41,908 nt of DNA. Origin: Proteromonas lacertae. Taxonomy: Eukaryota. This document shows positions 39,389 to 41,908 of the stretch, in pieces. The stretch covers positions 1-41,908 of the forward strand of contig NGBS01000909.1 in NCBI GenBank assembly GCA_002245135.1. Reading direction: 5' to 3'. A program made the translations under genes and the position numbers. Every line of letters begins with the position of its first letter. Positions within the stretch are counted from its first letter, which is position 1. The notes below the pieces were generated by a model. It was given only the letters and a program-made list of their open reading frames with translations, was not told where the DNA came from and made no database searches.

Positions 39389-41382
39389 ATGAATGAAAAG
39401 TGGTTTAATGTTCAAGATATAGTAAAACAGACTATATTTGCATTATCAGATAAAATAAATAATCTCGAAAAAGTTGTTTTTTGAACAGAAAGAAACCATT
39501 AAAGAATTACAAAAAAAGAAAGACTGATAAAACAGAGGTTCAAATTGCTATAAACAATGTATATAAGAATGTATATACTTTTAGTTGAATGAAAAATACC
39601 AGACATCCTGTAATTGATAATGAGTAAAGTGAAGACATTGGAAAGCAATACAAATGATAAAAGCGAAATAGATGAGATAAAAAAACTGTATAAATGAACT
39701 TTAGGGAATCAACTTGAATCAGTAAATGATTGTTGTTCAACACTTGAAGAGAAAGAATTACACCAAACAAACGAATTAAAAACATATGTGCATGATAAAA
39801 TGCATAAATTAATAGAAAAATACAAGAATCATAAACATAAAGATTTGAATGATAGAATAGATATTATGGTATATATTCATATTTAGAATTATTATATATA
39901 TATAGAAGAATGAGTTAGAAAATCACATATTAAAATACAATCAACTAGAAGAAATAATAAAAGAGAATAAACAAACAACAGAGAATAATATCTTATCATT
40001 ATATTCAAAATACAAAGATATTCACAAAACAGTAAAAGAAATGAATAAATTAGAAATAGAACATTCCCAAGATATACTTGAAATGAAAGCACAAAATGTA
40101 GATATATAAATATAAATTAGATTAAGTATTATATTTTTATTAGATTAAATTTGAAGATATTAACTCTTACATTGAATCAAACATTGAAAAAGAAATACTT
40201 CCACTTAAAGAATCAACAGTTACATATAATGTGCTTTCCAACATATTGAATGAGTCAATCGAAGGAGTAATCAATCAAATTAAAGAACATATTAAAGTGA
40301 AAAGAGAATGAATATTATGATAGTATAATTCAATAATTATATTTGATAATAGTATTTATGACAGAAGAAGATGTAGAAAAATGTTTCAAATCAATGAATC
40401 TAACAATAAAACCTTCAAATAATAACAATAACAAAAATCAAAACAGTAAAATAGATCAAAAACAATTGGATGAATTAGAAAGAAAAATGATTGTAATAAA
40501 CAACTGAATTAATGAAAACAAATAATGAAAGGATAGAAAATGAAATATATAGTGATATTCCAAATAAAAAAATGATTGATGATTATATCTTAAAAGCAAC
40601 ATATAAAATACTAAAAGAGAATATGAAATTATATTACAATAAAACTGAAATAGATAATAAGATGATAGAGTATAATAATTTAATGAAAGAAACCAAGAGA
40701 ATGTTGGTAATAACAAGAATGATAATGAGAAAATTGTATATAAAAAAAGAAAAGATAATATTAAATTGAATGAAATTACTTTATTAATAAAGAAAGAAAA
40801 TGAAAGATTGATAGAAACACAAAATATTCAAACAGAAAAAGTATATATAGATAATTATATTGTAATTATATAGATAACTGAGTTACAGTCGAATTATAAA
40901 TCAATACAGTTTCGTATAATATATTCTATAATAATTATAGAAATCAAAAAATGAATGAGTTTATAACAACATTATTATCAATTAATATAAATAATGAAAG
41001 AAATATAATTGGTAGATGGATATGGAAAAGTGGAATTGTCAAGAGAATAATTTTATACCTTGGAATATAGAAATAGTAAATAGCAATACAGTTTGTTTGA
41101 AATATAATAAAGATAAAACAATATTAAGTGTTTCAACACCTGGTTTATATGAATTAGTAGCTGGATTTTTTACTGATAGTGATAAACCCAAAATATCATT
41201 TATAATTAATAACAAAGTGACAATTAATTCAATAAATCGAAAAGAGAATAGAGAAAAGTATAATAATAATATTGTCGGTTGGAGTATAATTGAATTTATA
41301 TCTATTCCTTGTGAAAGTACAATATCTGTTCAATATGAAGGGAAATTAGATGTTCAAGCTTTTTGGGTTTAAGAAATTATAA
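39389..41382 (+). CDS. Coiled-coil protein with C-terminal C1q/TNF-like domain; many frameshifts (assembly errors or pseudogene)
   Basis: Start MNEKWFNVQDIVKQT; heptad-rich exons; C-terminal IPWNIEIVNS...PGLYELVAGFF...ISVQYEG; numerous homopolymer indels. End approximate. Confidence 0.55.
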
Positions 41383-41599
41383 TTTACGTTTAGTCTTATA
41401 TTTTCTGTTCAATTAAAGTTTATACACCATAAATTACATAAATACTCCTTTAATTATGATTAATTTTACATGTATACTTTAATTCTCTCAAATTACTTAC
41501 TATGTTCATCTTCTAAAATGGATATTTGATTATCCAAATTACTAATTGTCATTGAAATATTCATAATTTAATTATGAATATAATCTTTAATAATTAATT

Positions 41600-41908
41600 T
41601 TATAATAAAGTAATTGGTATTGTATAAAATCCAATACTATCGATATTACCATCTATACCTCCACCATAAAAACCACATATCATTCTACCTTCTTCACATT
41701 CAAATGATTCAATATAGTCAAAATTTATTTCTCGTTTGTTGGTTTTAAATCCTATTTCGTTTTCTTTAAATGGTTCTTCTCCACCACATGCCTCTATTAC
41801 ATTCCAACAACAACAATTACATATTCATCTGCATCTAAATGTAATATCATCTTATCACTTGTTTCTACATCATCATAACTTCCATATTTTGTACTTATTG
41901 ATTTTATT
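41600..41908 (-). CDS. 3' end of a gene with a jacalin-like lectin domain (truncated by the window edge)
   Basis: LDADEYVIVVVG...IGFKTNKR...GRMICGFYGGGIDGNIDSIGFY*; one apparent indel; stop at 41600-41602. Confidence 0.55.

Noticed and set aside
39389..41382. Repeated in-frame TGA and frameshifts suggesting TGA recoding or Euplotes-like programmed frameshifting
   Set aside because: Breaks sit in homopolymers: TAT AAA TGA ACT TTA GGG AAT becomes YNELRN on removing three run-length insertions. They cluster at the window ends, TGA is a normal stop elsewhere and Trp is TGG. Sequencing error is more likely; pseudogenisation is not excluded.

Overview
Very AT-rich, gene-dense eukaryotic nuclear DNA, not prokaryotic. 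It holds about 24 protein-coding genes split by tiny (about 24-50 nt) GTA...YAG spliceosomal introns, with intergenic gaps often only 70-300 nt. The supplied ORF track therefore fragments most genes; I re-joined exons by hand. Tiny introns, a CDPK, a stramenopile-type kinase and Ig/BTB/SPRY proteins suggest a Blastocystis-like stramenopile (inference only). Genes: two BTB/BACK proteins, a DUF4050-like protein, Arp10-like, FkbM-like, p25-alpha-like, a pseudokinase-LRR fusion, a ZnT/CDF transporter, striatin, a CMTR1-like cap methyltransferase, a PC4-fold protein, a UBR-box/SPRY/NDT-like (Raw-like) fusion, a Ser/Thr kinase, two tandem paralogous orphans, an atypical Hsp70, CDPK, taspase-1, ASPM, PA200/Blm10, a coiled-coil/C1q-like protein and a jacalin-like 3' fragment. 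Most notable: a PC4 ssDNA-binding protein with an apparent mitochondrial presequence and SSB-like tail; the UBR-SPRY-NDT fusion; a recurrent paired TCAAGC promoter motif with two orphan occurrences; an intron that is purely G(TA)18G; and a ZnT with an altered metal site. Scattered homopolymer frameshifts, worst near the window ends, look like assembly errors.
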